Part shown: piece after piece, positions 42,916-55,807 of the stretch
Layout: the number at the start of each line of letters is the position of its first letter
How positions within the stretch are numbered: position 1 is the first letter of the stretch
DNA from: Reclinomonas americana ATCC 50394
Taxonomy: Eukaryota
NCBI GenBank assembly: GCA_048213135.1
Contig: PS015140.1
Coordinates: 1 to 64,000 of the forward strand
Length of the DNA: 64,000 bases
Direction of reading: 5' to 3'
Notes under the pieces: model-generated
Database searches by the model: none
Seen by the model: only the letters and a program-made list of their open reading frames with translations
What the model was told of the DNA's origin: nothing
Program-made: the position numbers and the translations under genes

Positions 42916-44265
42916 ATGGACGAGCTGCTTCGTGCCATCCACAGCCTCCTCCGCGAGCTCACCACTTTTCTCCACATGCTGCTCAACACCGCTCGCCACC
43001 ACACGCACACCTTCTCCTCTCGCTGGCTCCGTTTCCTCTTCATTCCCGCGCCTTTTGCCTCAATCTCTTCAACACCAAGTGCGCCTTCCGATGCGCGCTT
43101 TGCTGTATGGGAGGCGGCAGTACGCACCCGTGAAGCCCGCATCAAAGCCGGCCTTCTCACCGACATAAAGTCCCCCAAAACACCTGAGAAAAAGGCACCT
43201 GCTGCTGCACTGGTCACGCAGCGCAGTGTCGGTCGCCCGCCTCTGCGCGTGGACACGGAGGAGTGGAAGGAAAAGGAGAAGGAGGAGGAGAAGAAGAAGA
43301 AGACGAAGACAGTTGCCAGCCTCGGAGACAACTGCACGGGACACCTGATCTTCATTGCCTCTCACATGGACGAGCTGCTTCGTGCCATTCACAGCCTCCT
43401 CCGCGAGCTCTCCACTCTCCTCCACATGCTGCTCAACACCGCTCGCCACCACACGCACACCTTCTCCTCTCGCTGGCTTCGTTTCCTCCTCATTCCCGCG
43501 CCTTTTGCGTCTATCTCGTCACCAAGTGCGCCTTCCGATGCGCGCTTTGCTGTCTGGGAGGCGGCAGTGCGCACCCGTGAAGCCCGCATCAAAGCCGGAC
43601 TTCTCACCGACATAAAGCCACCTAAACCTGCTGAAAAGGCGACGAAAAAGGCACCTGCTGCTGCTGCACTGGTCACGCAGCGCAGTGTCGGTCGCCCGCC
43701 TCTGCGCGTGGACACGGAGGAGTGGAAGGAAAAGGAGAAGGAGGAGAAGAAGAAGACAGTTGCCAGCCACGGAGACAACTGCACGGGACACCTTGTCTTC
43801 ATCAGTCTCTCTCTCATGGACGAGCTGCTTCGTGCCATCCACAGTCTCCTCCGCGAGCTCTCCACTCTCCTCCACATGCTCCTCACCACCGCTCGCCACC
43901 ACACGCACACCTTCTCCTCTCGCTGGCTCCGTTTCCTCCTCATTCCCGCGCCTTTTGCCTCTATCTCGTCACCAAGCGCGCCTTCCGATGCGCGTTTCGC
44001 TGTATGGGAGGCGGCAGTACGCACCCGTGAAGCCCGCATCAAAGCCGGACTTCTCACCGATGTAAAGTCACCTAAACCTGCTGAAAAGGCGACGAAAAAG
44101 GCGCCAGCTGCTGCTGCACTGGCCACGCAGCGCAGTGTCGGTCGCCCGCCTCTGCGCGTGGACACGGAGGAGTGGGTGCGTGAGGTGCCGCGATGGAGGC
44201 CGTGGACGCACGCGACGCCGTTGCAGAGGCTGCGCATGCCGCTCTTTCCACCTCCATCCGCTTGA
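42916..44265 (+). CDS. Hypothetical protein made of three ~150-aa tandem repeats
   Basis: ATGGACGAGCTGCTTCGTGCC recurs at 42916, 43366 and 43816; the 449-aa frame stays open across indels; no recognisable domain. Confidence 0.45.
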   Translation: MDELLRAIHSLLRELTTFLHMLLNTARHHTHTFSSRWLRFLFIPAPFASISSTPSAPSDARFAVWEAAVRTREARIKAGLLTDIKSPKTPEKKAPAAALVTQRSVGRPPLRVDTEEWKEKEKEEEKKKKTKTVASLGDNCTGHLIFIASHMDELLRAIHSLLRELSTLLHMLLNTARHHTHTFSSRWLRFLLIPAPFASISSPSAPSDARFAVWEAAVRTREARIKAGLLTDIKPPKPAEKATKKAPAAAALVTQRSVGRPPLRVDTEEWKEKEKEEKKKTVASHGDNCTGHLVFISLSLMDELLRAIHSLLRELSTLLHMLLTTARHHTHTFSSRWLRFLLIPAPFASISSPSAPSDARFAVWEAAVRTREARIKAGLLTDVKSPKPAEKATKKAPAAAALATQRSVGRPPLRVDTEEWVREVPRWRPWTHATPLQRLRMPLFPPPSA

Positions 44266-44305
44266 TCGACAGAGACGGGGAGAGAGTGGTGACTGTGTGT
44301 GTGTG

Positions 44306-47300
44306 ATGTTGCGCGTGGCTGGTGCGCTTGGGCTTAAGCAGTCGGCCTCGCCGCCGCCTACGTTTGGCTTGTCTGCGCTGAATCAGTCTGTTGCGTGCGT
44401 GGAGAGGAAGTGGGTGAAGAAGAGGGAGACTTGTTTCTCTTTCTCTCTCTCTCCCTCTCTCTCCCTCTCTCTCTCTCTTGTGTACATTCCTTTACCTTGT
44501 CTCTGTCATTCTCTATGTCGCTTCTTGCACTTTGTTTCTTGCTTCTCCCTCTTTGTTCTTCTTCTTCTTTTCTTCTTGCCTCCCTCTCCCTCTCTCTCTG
44601 TGCTCTTCCCTCTCGCCACCATGTATTCTGTTGCTCTTCTCTTCACTGTTTAGTGCTCACTCTTCCATCCTCCTCTCCTCTCCCTCTCTCTATCTCTTCC
44701 CCTAGGCCTCCCTGCACTCAAAACGCGTTTCTCCTTGCATTTCGCGCTCATATTCTCTCTTGCGCGCCACAGGTCAACCTGCACAAGGCAATGTGCGCGC
44801 CCGTCATTGCAGTCGAGTAACCTGCTCGCCCCTCACTGTCTCTCTGCCATTTGCTGAGTGCGTTTCTCCTATTTGTTGTTGCAGTTTCTGATTTGGATTG
44901 CGCACGGGTTGTCGTCATCGACGCCGATTGTTCCGCTGGTGTATTTGGCGTTGCATGGAGCGTATGGCGCGTGTTGGGTGCTGAAGAGCGTGTGCTTCCG
45001 CGATCGGGGCTTTGACATTGTTGCGTGGCGCTGCGGGGCGTGGGCGGAGTCTCGCCGGAGTGATGGTTGATTCTGTGCCGGTTTTCGCTCTCTGTGGATG
45101 TAATGCTACCCTGTTTCCCTCCCATATCTGTTGTTGATGGTGTCCCTCCCCTGTCTCTTCTCTATTCCTCTCTTCACTTTGTGTGGATGGTGTGCATTTA
45201 CCCTGTTTCTCTTCCGTATTTGCTCGCTAACCATACCGCTTCCCCGTCTCTTCTCCTTGTGGATATGCTTTCCTCCCATATCTGTTGTTGGTGGTACCTC
45301 TTCCCCGTCTCTTCCCCTTTCGTCTCTTCTCTTCCCCTCTCTTCTCGTGACTGCACTCTCCCTGTTCGATTTTTGCCTCTCTCTTCCCCCGTCGCATATC
45401 CTTTCATCTGTTCTCTTCTCTTCCCCTCTTCAGTGTGGTTCTACCCTGTTTCTCTTCCGTATTTGCTCGCTAACCATACCGCTTCCCCGTCTCTTCTCCT
45501 TGTGGATGTGCTTTCCTGTCCGGTTCTGTCTTATGTTGTCTCGTCCTTGTATCTTACTCCCCTCGTCTCTTCTCTTTCCCTCTCTCCGCCCTGCGTAGAT
45601 GTACTTTCCCTGATCTGTTTGTCTCTCATTCCCGTCGCTTATCGTTTCATCTCTTCTCTTTTCTTCCCCTCTTCACTTGGTGTGGGTGTGGTTCTGCCCT
45701 GCTTTTCTCCCGTGTGTCTGCTCTCTGATGGTGCCTCCCCTGGCACTTCTCTTTCGTCTCCTCGCTCTATGTGGATGTGCATTCCCTGTTGGTTCTGCTG
45801 TCTTATCCCGCCTCTTCTCCGTTCGTCTTGTCCCTTCTCTGCGTGGATGTATTTTTTCCCTTGTTTCGTATCTGCCCTCTTTTTGTTCTCTCGTCTCTCG
45901 TCTCTCGTCTCTCTCTCTCTCTCTCACTCTCTCTTCTCCTTTACCTCTTCTTTCTCTCCCCTCTCTCCGCTAAAGGGCGATTCATCTTGTCTCTGAGTGA
46001 CGGACATTTGCTTCTTCTGACCTTCCTTCTCGTGTTTGTGCGAATCCTGATCCCCGTTTTCCTTGACGCTCACCTCCTTTGCCCTTCACGATGCAGCCTC
46101 TTCCATGGTACCTGTTCGCGTTCACGCAGTTCTCCGCTGGATTGCACTGGTGAGTCCACTACTCGGCACCATGTTTCCCTTGAGTTCCAACCCCTCGGCG
46201 CTGCAGGGTCAACTCGTGGCTGATTGTGCGCTCGGACCACCGTGATACGTCGCCGTGGACGGTGTGCCTCTCGGTGGCTCTCGTGTGCATGGGCATGTTT
46301 GGTGCGTTGTGGGAAAGGAAAGGCATGGGGTTTGCGTACTGCATCTCACTCCAGATTGTCGCAATTGCAGCGCTGTACACGGCCGACTGCCAAAAGGTGC
46401 GCGTCACTGCAGCTGCATATCAATCGCCCTGCTCGCTCATCTCCTTTCTATCCCAGCACTTTGTGATGAAGTACAACTCTGGGAAGCTGATGACTGACGG
46501 CGTGTTCGGTGAGTGGGCTGAAGAGGAGAGGAGCGGTACATTGATGGTTCTGCTTGCGCTACATCCTCCACACGACACCTTGCACATGGTCTTTGTAGCT
46601 GTAACCCTCTCCTCGTTTCCACAGTTTCATTCTCCACACCTCCCTTTCTTTTCAGTTTATCTCTGCATCTTTCGTTTTCCATTCTTCTTCTTGTTATTTG
46701 TAATCCACGCCACCATACCCTTCATCGTTCGAGTGACACGTGAGAGATTTCATTCTGCGCAGTCCCTTCTACTTCACACTTGTTCTTCTTCGTTCGAGTG
46801 ACACATGACGTACAGACTCTTGGACGCATTCGTGTCACGTCATTTCGTCCGGCTGTGTTGCACCGCATATCCCAGTCCGTGCAGAATCTCCCCTCCGCTT
46901 TTCGTTCCTTCTGTTTCTGGCGTGCATCACTGTCCTACTCTGTTCAAGATGTACACACCTGGAACTGAAGTCCATTCACCTTCTGTAACTATATCATGTG
47001 CACCCTGCTATCGTTCTTCATTCCAATGGCTTGAGAGTGACTATGCACTCATTGGCAGTTTCTGCCCGTCTCATTCCTTTCGTCCCTTATGTCTTGTGCT
47101 CCTCACTGCCCTATTCACCGTTACGACGGGTACGCGGAATAGCGACTGTCACTCTTCTTTTCTTCCGCCCCTCCCCCTTCCTCATCTCCCTCATCCCTCC
47201 TTCTCCCCACTGGCAGCCCGCGTCCGCAACACCAACTACCTCGGCGAGATGCTGCTGTACACCGGCTTCAACATCCTCTCCACCTCGCCCCTCATCTCCT

Positions 47301-47434
47301 TCTCCATTCTCGCCTGCTCGTGGTTCGGCCTCTTCACCCCCAACATGCTGGTCAAGGACAAGAGCCTGTCGCGCTACCCCGGATGGGAAGAGTACCGCCG
47401 CCACTCGGCGCTAGTGATTCCCTTCTTGCTGTGA
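44306..47434 (+). CDS. DUF1295 / steroid 5-alpha-reductase-like membrane protein; about 8 exons
   Basis: Spliced motifs VNLHK, VYLALHGAYGACWVLKS, ADCQKHFVMKYNSGKLMTDGVFARVRNTNYLGEMLLY and PNMLVKDKSLSRYPGWEEYRRHSALVIPFLL*; the start codon is inferred. Confidence 0.85.
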
Positions 47435-47506
47435 AGAATATCAATGACGATAAAGGTGCAAAACATAAACAGAGCGTGTAATCGAGGAAAGAGAGACAGA
47501 GAGAGC

Positions 47507-48030
47507 TCAGTCCCCCATTATTCTCATCGGTACCATGCGGACGCTGTTGCGACGGAACGACGCGGGGCGCGCGACGGCCGCAAAGCGCGGGAAGCAGTCT
47601 TCGCGGAGAGAGCGGAGCACTGGTACACGCGCTGGATGAGCATCATCGGTAAGGGCAAGGCAACGAGTGGTAAACAAGACTCACCATGAACCAAAACCGG
47701 CCCAAATACGCCCATGGAGCCTCCCTCCGGTTGCCACACCTTTGAATTCGTTGGCGACAAGCCGCTTGATATCGACGGCGGGGAGGCCAGGTCGGTAAAA
47801 GGCAACGGCTCGGCCTCGCAGATGCGACGCACGCGCTGCAGCAGGGTCAAATCAGCGGGCTCCTCGAAGCGTTGCGAGCACTGTGTGGTGGTTGTGATGG
47901 TGAGGGAGGGCAAGCATTAAAGGGGGGAGATGGCCGACAAACCTCGTACACCACGTCGTGCGGCAGGTTAAGTTCATGCTGACCGTACTGCATCACGAAC
48001 TCTGCGGTAGGGAATGAGCGACGAGCGAGC

Positions 48031-48068
<38 letters not shown>

Positions 48069-48133
48069 TGAGAGAGAGGAGGAGTGATGAGAGAGAGAGA
48101 GGGAGTGATGAGAGAAGAGAGAGAGGGAGTGAT

Positions 48134-48216
<83 letters not shown>

Positions 48217-48757
48217 NNNNNNNNNNNNNNNNNNNNGAGACGGCGGCAATCAATCAACTCACCTTGGTACAGATCCTTGGCGATGAGTTCGGCTTCGGAC
48301 CAGTCGTTGGGATTGGAAGGTACGCAGGACGGATCGTGGCGCTCCTTGGCCAACTGTCTTCGCCAGACCTCCACCATGGCCACGAAGAGTTCGTTCTCCA
48401 GCTGTCCGCAAAAGGGAGAAGTGGGTGAGACGCGAAAGTGAAAGGGAGGTGAAGCACAAGAGAGACATGGAAGGGAGTAAGAATCAGCACACTCTGCTCA
48501 AGTTGCAAACTCTCGCAACCACCTGTATTTCTTCTCTTCTCCTTCCTCTATCGTTGTCCTCTCCTTCTATCACTCTTTCTCTCTCTTTTGTGACACAAGA
48601 AGCCCATCAGGAGCGGCTGCAAATCCCTATCTACGCACCCATCTCCTTGTCTGATTGACTTCTGCGCTCACAAACAATCTCATACTTTCACTCTGCCTAT
48701 GATGCATTCACCACTTCCATTTGTCTTCTCTTCTCCTTCCTTTATCGGTGTCCTCTC

Positions 48758-48817
<60 letters not shown>

Positions 48818-48880
48818 NNNNNNNNNNNNNNNNNNNNTCTCTCTCTCTCTTCTTCGTCGTCTCTCTCTCTCTCTCTCTCT

Positions 48881-48921
<41 letters not shown>

Positions 48922-50387
48922 TGAGAAACAAGACATTTATCAGGAGATGCTGCACATCCCTTTCTGCGCACATACTTCATCACAACAAACTCACATATAA
49001 CTTTCACCACCTCCTCTCCATCTCTCCTTCTCTCTCGTCTTGCCAAAGATTTAAAAACCTATCGGCTGTCGTTGAATTTCTCGCACTCTCTCCGTTCCTC
49101 TCGCATTCTCTCCACTCGTGTCTCCCGGTTTCCCGTGTTCTCCTTGACTCGTTTACACATGAACGCACAGTCACTCCTATGTAGTGCCTGAGACACAAGC
49201 TTGATGGCGGGCGTTGCAACTCCATATTTCACCAGCTCTCTCTCACTCTCTCTCTCTCAAGATTCAAACAACCTATCGGCTGCCGTGACTCCCGGTTGCC
49301 CGTGTTCTCTCTTTCACTTGTTTACACACAAACGCACAACACTGCTACTTAGTGCCTGAAACACAAGCTTATGGCAGGTATTGCATCCCCAAATTTCATG
49401 CGTTCTCTCTCTCTCTCTCACTCTCAATTCCCTTCCCCTCCCTTTTCCCTTAGCCTTTCCCTCCCTCCCCCACTCACCGCCAGCTGTCGCATCAAGTGCT
49501 CGCGGAACTGACTGCGAACCTGCGTCCCACACACGACAACCAAGTGAGGACACGAAACACACTCACCCTTCGTTCACAAGCACACTCAACATCTGGGTCC
49601 GACATGGCCTCGGCAAACGACAGCGAGTCGAGCAGCGACTGCTCCTTCTCAGTGCTCTGCTCCGAACGCGCTCGGCTGGCCCAGAAATCCAACACCAGCG
49701 TCATGAAGGCACCAAAGAGTCCGGGAATGGTAATCAGCAAAGTGGCAAACGCCGGTCCGAGGGCGTCGGCGTTGCCAAAGGGCGAACTCGTGGCGGTGAT
49801 GCCGACCGCAACTGCAAGAGAGGGAGAGTGAGCCCGCAGTGCGGACTTGCGCAATGCAGTCTCCACACTCAACTCGGCGCGAAAATCACTTCCGCGATAG
49901 CGATGCACAGTAGCTCGTTGCGATGATACAGCGCGTCACGAATGCCTGTTGCGTTGTAAGACAAGGAATGTAGGATCAGGAGAGTGAGGTCCAATAATCA
50001 CGCACGACGCAGGCGGAACGCTGCAGCGGCCAGGCCGACCGCATACAGCAGATCCACAATGCTCGTAATCAGCGAGCCGTACTCCTCGATCCAGCCGCAG
50101 AAGCAGAACTGCTGGCTGGCCGGATTTGGAGGGAAGATCCACGCCCACGAGGACACACCGTATTTGATGGATACCACGGCTGCGCCAAGTGGGGACGTGA
50201 GGGCGGAAGGATAAAAGGGAAAGGGGTGTAAAAGGGAAAGGGGGTGCAACAGGGAAGGGAGGGGATACAAGGGGATGGGAATGTGGAACAATAGAGTGCA
50301 CCAAAGAAAATGAAGTGACAAGCAACAATAATGAAGAAAAGGGCAAGGTACAGAGAAGACGGTGCGGAATTAAGATCAGAGAGAGAA

Positions 50388-50418
<31 letters not shown>

Positions 50419-52490
50419 CAGAGAGAGAGAGACAGAGAGAGAGAGAGGAGGAGAGAGAGAGAACGAAGAGAGAGAGAGAGAGAGACAAACACGATACTCA
50501 TGGGAAGAAAAGTGACGAAAACAGGAGGAACAGAAGGCAAGTAACGTGGAGAGAGCGAGAAAGGGAAAGATGAAAAGAATGCAGTAGAGGAAAATTTCGA
50601 TGTTCAAGAGGGATGAAGTGACCCACACGATACGCAAGGGCAGAGCAGAGAGCGAGAACGGGAAGATTGTACGCCAAGTGAGACACATACACCGAAGTTC
50701 AAGAGACATGAAGAGACGCACAAAATGGAACAAGCGAAGAGGATAGGGCGCGAAAAGGGAAATGGCGAAGCTACCACGACAGATTAGAGATGACAACGAC
50801 GTATTCAAGGGAGACGAAATGACGCACGCAACAGGAATGGAAGGGAAAGCAGAGAGGAGAGAGCGAGAAAGGGAAAGATGGAGAGCTTGTATGCCAGATG
50901 TGATACAAACTTCGATGCAAGAGAGACGAAACATACATACACACACACTCTCACACACAAACACACACTGCACTCACTGCACTCACGAACACACACAGCA
51001 CTCACTGCACTCACGAACACACACACACACACAGAGAGAGAGAGCGAGAAAGGGAGAGCATACACAAAGCATAAGGCCACGTCATGCAAGACACCACCAA
51101 CGCACCAAACATGATCAAAAAGTAAAAGATGGCCAGAACCAGTGACCACCACAGCAGGCGCGTCTCGGAAAAGTACGCCGCTCGCCGATACATGCGCTTG
51201 TGCTTGTCACTGGACTGCAGGCGCACTTCCTCGGTTGGTTGCTGCGATACGTCCTGGTACAGCGCGAAGGAGGCCTTGAACTTGAGTTCTAATCTGTACA
51301 TGCGGAAGATCTGCCCGCGACACATCAAGAAATGAGCGCCTATTCTTTTGCTGCATTTCCCCTGTTTCTCTTCCCACCTGCAGCGTGGCAAACACAGCGA
51401 ATGCCCACGTGGCCAGGAACGGAGCGTGACACCACGCGGTATTCGCCTCGGTGACCACCACTTCCAACCATCTGGAAATGCATGCGTCAGCGTGGTGATG
51501 GAATTGTGCGAGAGATGGGTGGATTTACGCAACAATACCAGCGAGCCGATGACATAGGAGGCCGCACCCAGCAGTGGCGATCGTTTGCTCAGTCGCCTTC
51601 TGAAGACGACGAAGAACTGCGTGGAGGAGAAGGGGGTGAGATGGGAAGGGGATGAGGAGGGGAAAGGGAGGGGGAAGGAGGGAAAGAGTGGAAGAGGAGA
51701 AGAGGGAAAGAGGAGAAGAGGGAAAGAGGGAGAAGAAGAGAAAAGAGGAAGCGGAAGGCGATGAGGAAGAGGACGAGGGAAAAGAAGGACGGATGAGGAA
51801 GAGAAAGAGGGAAGAGGCAGAGGCAGAGAATGAGGAAGAGAAAGAAGAAGCGGACGAGAACGAGGAAGAGGAAGTAGCTGAGGAGGAAGAGGAAGAAGGG
51901 GAAGAGGAAGAGGAAGAGGAAGAGGAAGAGGAAGAGGAAGAGGAAGAGGAAGAGGCAGAGGAAGAGGGAAGAGGGAAGAGGGAAGAGGGAAGAGGGAAGA
52001 GGGAAGAGGGAAGAGGGAAGAGGGAAGAGGGAAGAGGAAGAGGAAGAGGAAGAGGAAAGACGGAGGGGAAAGACGGAAGGGGGAAGCGGAAGGGGGAAGC
52101 GGAAGGGGGAAGGGGGAAGANNNNNNNNNNNNNNNNNNNNCCTTCTCTCTCACACACACACGCCACTCACAATGCCAATCAACGACGCCAATGCTCCCGC
52201 AATACTCCACACCGCCTTTGCACACACGCACAACACAATCAATGGGGAAAATCGCATTAGACTGCAAACTCTCTTCTCGCACACACAGCACACACACACT
52301 CACCTGATTAAACGGAGTCGCCCACATTGGCGCAAACCCAGCCGCAATCCACGTCATGAGCGCACTGATGCACTCTGCACACAACAAAGAGAGAGAGAAA
52401 GAGAGAGAAAGAGAAAGTGAATAACTCCGCCTCCTCACTCACACAATTAACGAAGACATGCGCACCGGGAGAAGGCGGCACGTCCGCCAT
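47507..52490 (-). CDS. 7TM-RGS protein (multi-pass membrane domain + C-terminal regulator of G-protein signalling domain); about 12 exons
   Basis: About seven hydrophobic segments, including FATLQIFRMYRL and RRIRDALYHRNELL, then the RGS pattern SFAEAMSDPD|VRSQFREHLMRQLA|LENELFVAMVEVWR..IAKDLYQEFV..QHELNLPHDV..VLRSLREDCFPRF. Confidence 0.8.
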
Positions 52491-52619
52491 CTCAGCAAAC
52501 ACGCGCGCGCAAAGAGAGAAACACGGCAGAGGCACACACAAGTGCGCGCGCGAGAAGCGTGTGACTGTGGACAGATGAGCGCGCGCGAGCGAACTGTCCT
52601 AGCGCTGTTGAAAACGGAG

Positions 52620-53260
52620 GGGAGGAGGCCGGATGCAACTTGCGGCAGATGCGAAACGTAGTTCACTAGCTGGTGGAGGCGATAGACGGGTCAGAACTGC
52701 TTTCCTGCTTTCCAAACGCGAATTGTTCGAATTCATTGCACGCGAAGAATTCGATTGCAGAATGGTCGGATGCAACTTTCGGGAGATGCACAACGCAGTG
52801 CACCAGCTGATGGAGGCGATGCAAGGATCGGAACAGAATTCACGATTTCTAATTCAGCTGCAAGTCGTGGAGAAATCGATTGCGATGCGCAGCGAGCGTG
52901 AAACTTAGAACGGGAAGGTCGGACGCAGCATGTTACAGCTGCATAGCGCAGTGCGCCAGCTGGTAATGGCGATGTAAGAATAGCTTTCCTGCTTCTATGT
53001 GCGGGCAAACGCGAATTATCAGCGCGAAGAGAATGCAGCCTGAGAGGGTAAGGTCGGACACACCATATCACAGATGCACTTGTGCAATTCAGAACCTGGC
53101 AGAGGCACTAGAACGCTTAAAACTGCTTTCCTGCATTCTGTGTGCGGATAAACGCGAATTGTCCTCTCTGATGGAAAGCAGACAAGGGAGGGCCGGATGC
53201 AGGATATAAGAGATGAATACTATAGTACGTGAGCTGGTAAATGAAGTATAAATGAAGTAC
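52620..53260 (+). repeat. Degenerate ~140-bp tandem repeat (about 5 units) in a divergent intergenic region
   Basis: GGYCGGAYRCA recurs at about 52627, 52764, 52916, 53052 and 53191; AGCTG-T/GGCGAT and GCTTTCCTGC..AAACGCGAATT recur in several units. Confidence 0.65.
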
Positions 53261-53530
53261 ACGAGTCAGAACTGCATAGAATGCCAGCCTTCTCAAGTCA
53301 AGCTAGCGCGCGAGCACATTAATATTGTCCATGCGATGAGAAACCAAACACACAATGTCGCATGCACCTTTCTGCAAACGTTTCTCGCATCACAGGAGCT
53401 TACAGACTTGCTTCCTGCTTTAGAACCACCTTTCCTCCTATCCCCTCCTGCAATCCCGCGTGCGCGGACAATGGACAAAGCATCTGTCCCTCCACCATCT
53501 GTCCCGCCATCACACACTCACACTCACACA

Positions 53531-55769
53531 ATGCCGCCAAAACGCAAGCAACGACGGGCGACTGCCTCCTCCGCCAAGGGCGACTCTGCCGGCGACGACG
53601 CCGAGATGGAGATGCACGACGCCGGCTCCGCAGCCGCCGCGCACGAGACATCACCATCTGCGCCATCGTCTGCAGCCGGCGACGACCACGACGCAGCCGC
53701 TGCACACGCAGAGGGAGCAGCAGCACCTGCAGCACCAGCAGCGCACGACGACGACGACGAGTTGCTGGAGAGTTTGTTGTCGGAGGGCGGCGGCATGGCA
53801 AATGGCGACAACAGCACAAGCAACGCAAACCCCCCCTCGGCCTCAACCAACACTGCCACCAGTGACACGCAAGCCTCTGCTGCTCCTTCCTCTGCTGCTG
53901 CTGCTGCGCCTCGCAAGCACGTGGTCGCGCCCTCGCCCATGCTGAGTGCAGCGGCCAAGGCAGCCGCGGCCTCGGCAGCCAGTCGCACAGCATCAACACC
54001 TTCCACTGTTGCAGGCAATGGTGCGCAGAGTGTGCCGCAGGTGAAGGTGACTGCGCCGACTCCGCAACCGGCGAGTCCAGAGGGAACTGGTGCTGCGGCG
54101 GCGGCGGCTGCGGCTGCGGCTGCTGCGGCTGCGTTGAGTCATGTGTTGGGAGCGGAGGATGATCCGCGTGTGCATCGTGCGAAGCGCTTTGGGATTCCGT
54201 TGGTGAGTGGGAAAAGGCGAAGGAGCGATGAGTGGGATAAGAAAAGGGGACAATAGGAGTGGGCTTGTGTGAGGCACGGCTGTTGTGTATGTGTGTGTGT
54301 GCAGCTTGCGTGTGGAGCATTGGTGAGAGAGTGCCTGGGAGCGTTGGCTGTGGAGAGGGCGATGGGGAAAGGGGACAATATGAGTGGGCTTGTGACTTTG
54401 CGGGTTGTTAGGCGCGGCTGTTGTTGTGTGTGTGCAGCTTGTGTGACGTAATGGAGTGAGAGTGCCTGTGGGAGCGTTGGCTGTGGAGAGGGCGATGGGG
54501 AAAAGGGGACAATAAGAGTGGGCTTGTGACTTTGCGGGTTGGTAGACGCGGCTGCTGTTGTGTGTGTGTGCAGCTTGTGCGTGTGTGAGGTAGTGTGGGA
54601 GAGAGTGCCTGTGGGAGCGTTGGCGGTGGAGATTGGGGAGAGGCAAAGTTGAACATGCATGTTTTTTTTGTTGTTGTTGTGCGTCCCGCTCATTGTGTGA
54701 TTCGTTTTGTGTGTGTTGTTTGTCTTTGTGTACGATATGCTGATGCATGGTTCGTTGTGCGTTGCTTTGCCTCTCGCTATCTCCTTCTGTAAGAATACTT
54801 TTGTCTTGTGCTCCACGCTGTATCTGTCATCTCCCCATCGTATTCGTGTGCTTGTCTTCTCTCCCTCTCTCTCTCTCTCTCTCTCCTTTCCTTCCCTCTG
54901 ACAGTCACTTTTCTTCACTCTTTCTCTCNNNNNNNNNNNNNNNNNNNNNNNNNNNNNNNNNNNNNNNNNNNNNNNNNNNNNNNNNNNNNNNNNNNNNNNN
55001 NNNNNNNNNNNNNNNNNNNNNNNNNNNNNNNNNNNNNNNNNNNNNNNNNNNNNNNNNNNNNNNNNNNNNNNNNNNNNNNNNNNNNNNNNNNNNNNNNNNN
55101 NNACGCTGTCTGTCTTCTTCTCATCGTCGTGTTCGTGTGATTGTCTCGTCTGTCTTGCTCTCTTGTGTGTTGGTTTCTTGTGTTTCTCTGCTTCAGCGTG
55201 GCGTCGAGCATGTTGGGGGACGTTGTTGGGGCAGTGAATTGAGAGAAGCACAACTAAGTCTGCGTGTCTGTTCTCTTCTGCACGAGTATCATGTGCACCT
55301 CTCTCTCTCTCTCTTTCCTTCACTCTGTCTGTCGCTCCTTCACTCTTTCTCTGTTTTCTCCTCATCTTATTCGTGTGCTTGTCTCGTCTCGCTTGCTCTC
55401 TCGTGTGTTGGTTTCTTGTGCTCCTCTGCTTCAGCGTGACGTCGAGCAAGTTGGGGGACGTTGTTGCGGCAATGAATAGAGAGAAGCGCAGCTAACTCTG
55501 CGTGTCTGTCCTCTTCTGTATGAGTATTATGTGCACCTCTCTCTCCTCTCTCTCTGCCGAGAACGTGTTCCGTGATCCGAGTGCGTGAAGAACAGAGAAG
55601 GGAGAAGTGCAGTGGAACGTGCATTGTAGAGGCAGAGAGCGGTGTACGCGTTTGGGACTCGAGGGTTTCGGGCGCAGAGCAGCAGCAGCTGATTTGGGTC
55701 CAATTGCAAGCTGTCTCGATCTTCCACCCTTCTCTCGCTCGAATGCGTTCATGCTCTATGCTCTCTCTT

Positions 55770-55807
<38 letters not shown>

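Noticed and set aside
55558-55720. Possible extra exon of the Tho1-like gene
   Set aside because: The flanking exons already join in frame, and no family motif is present.
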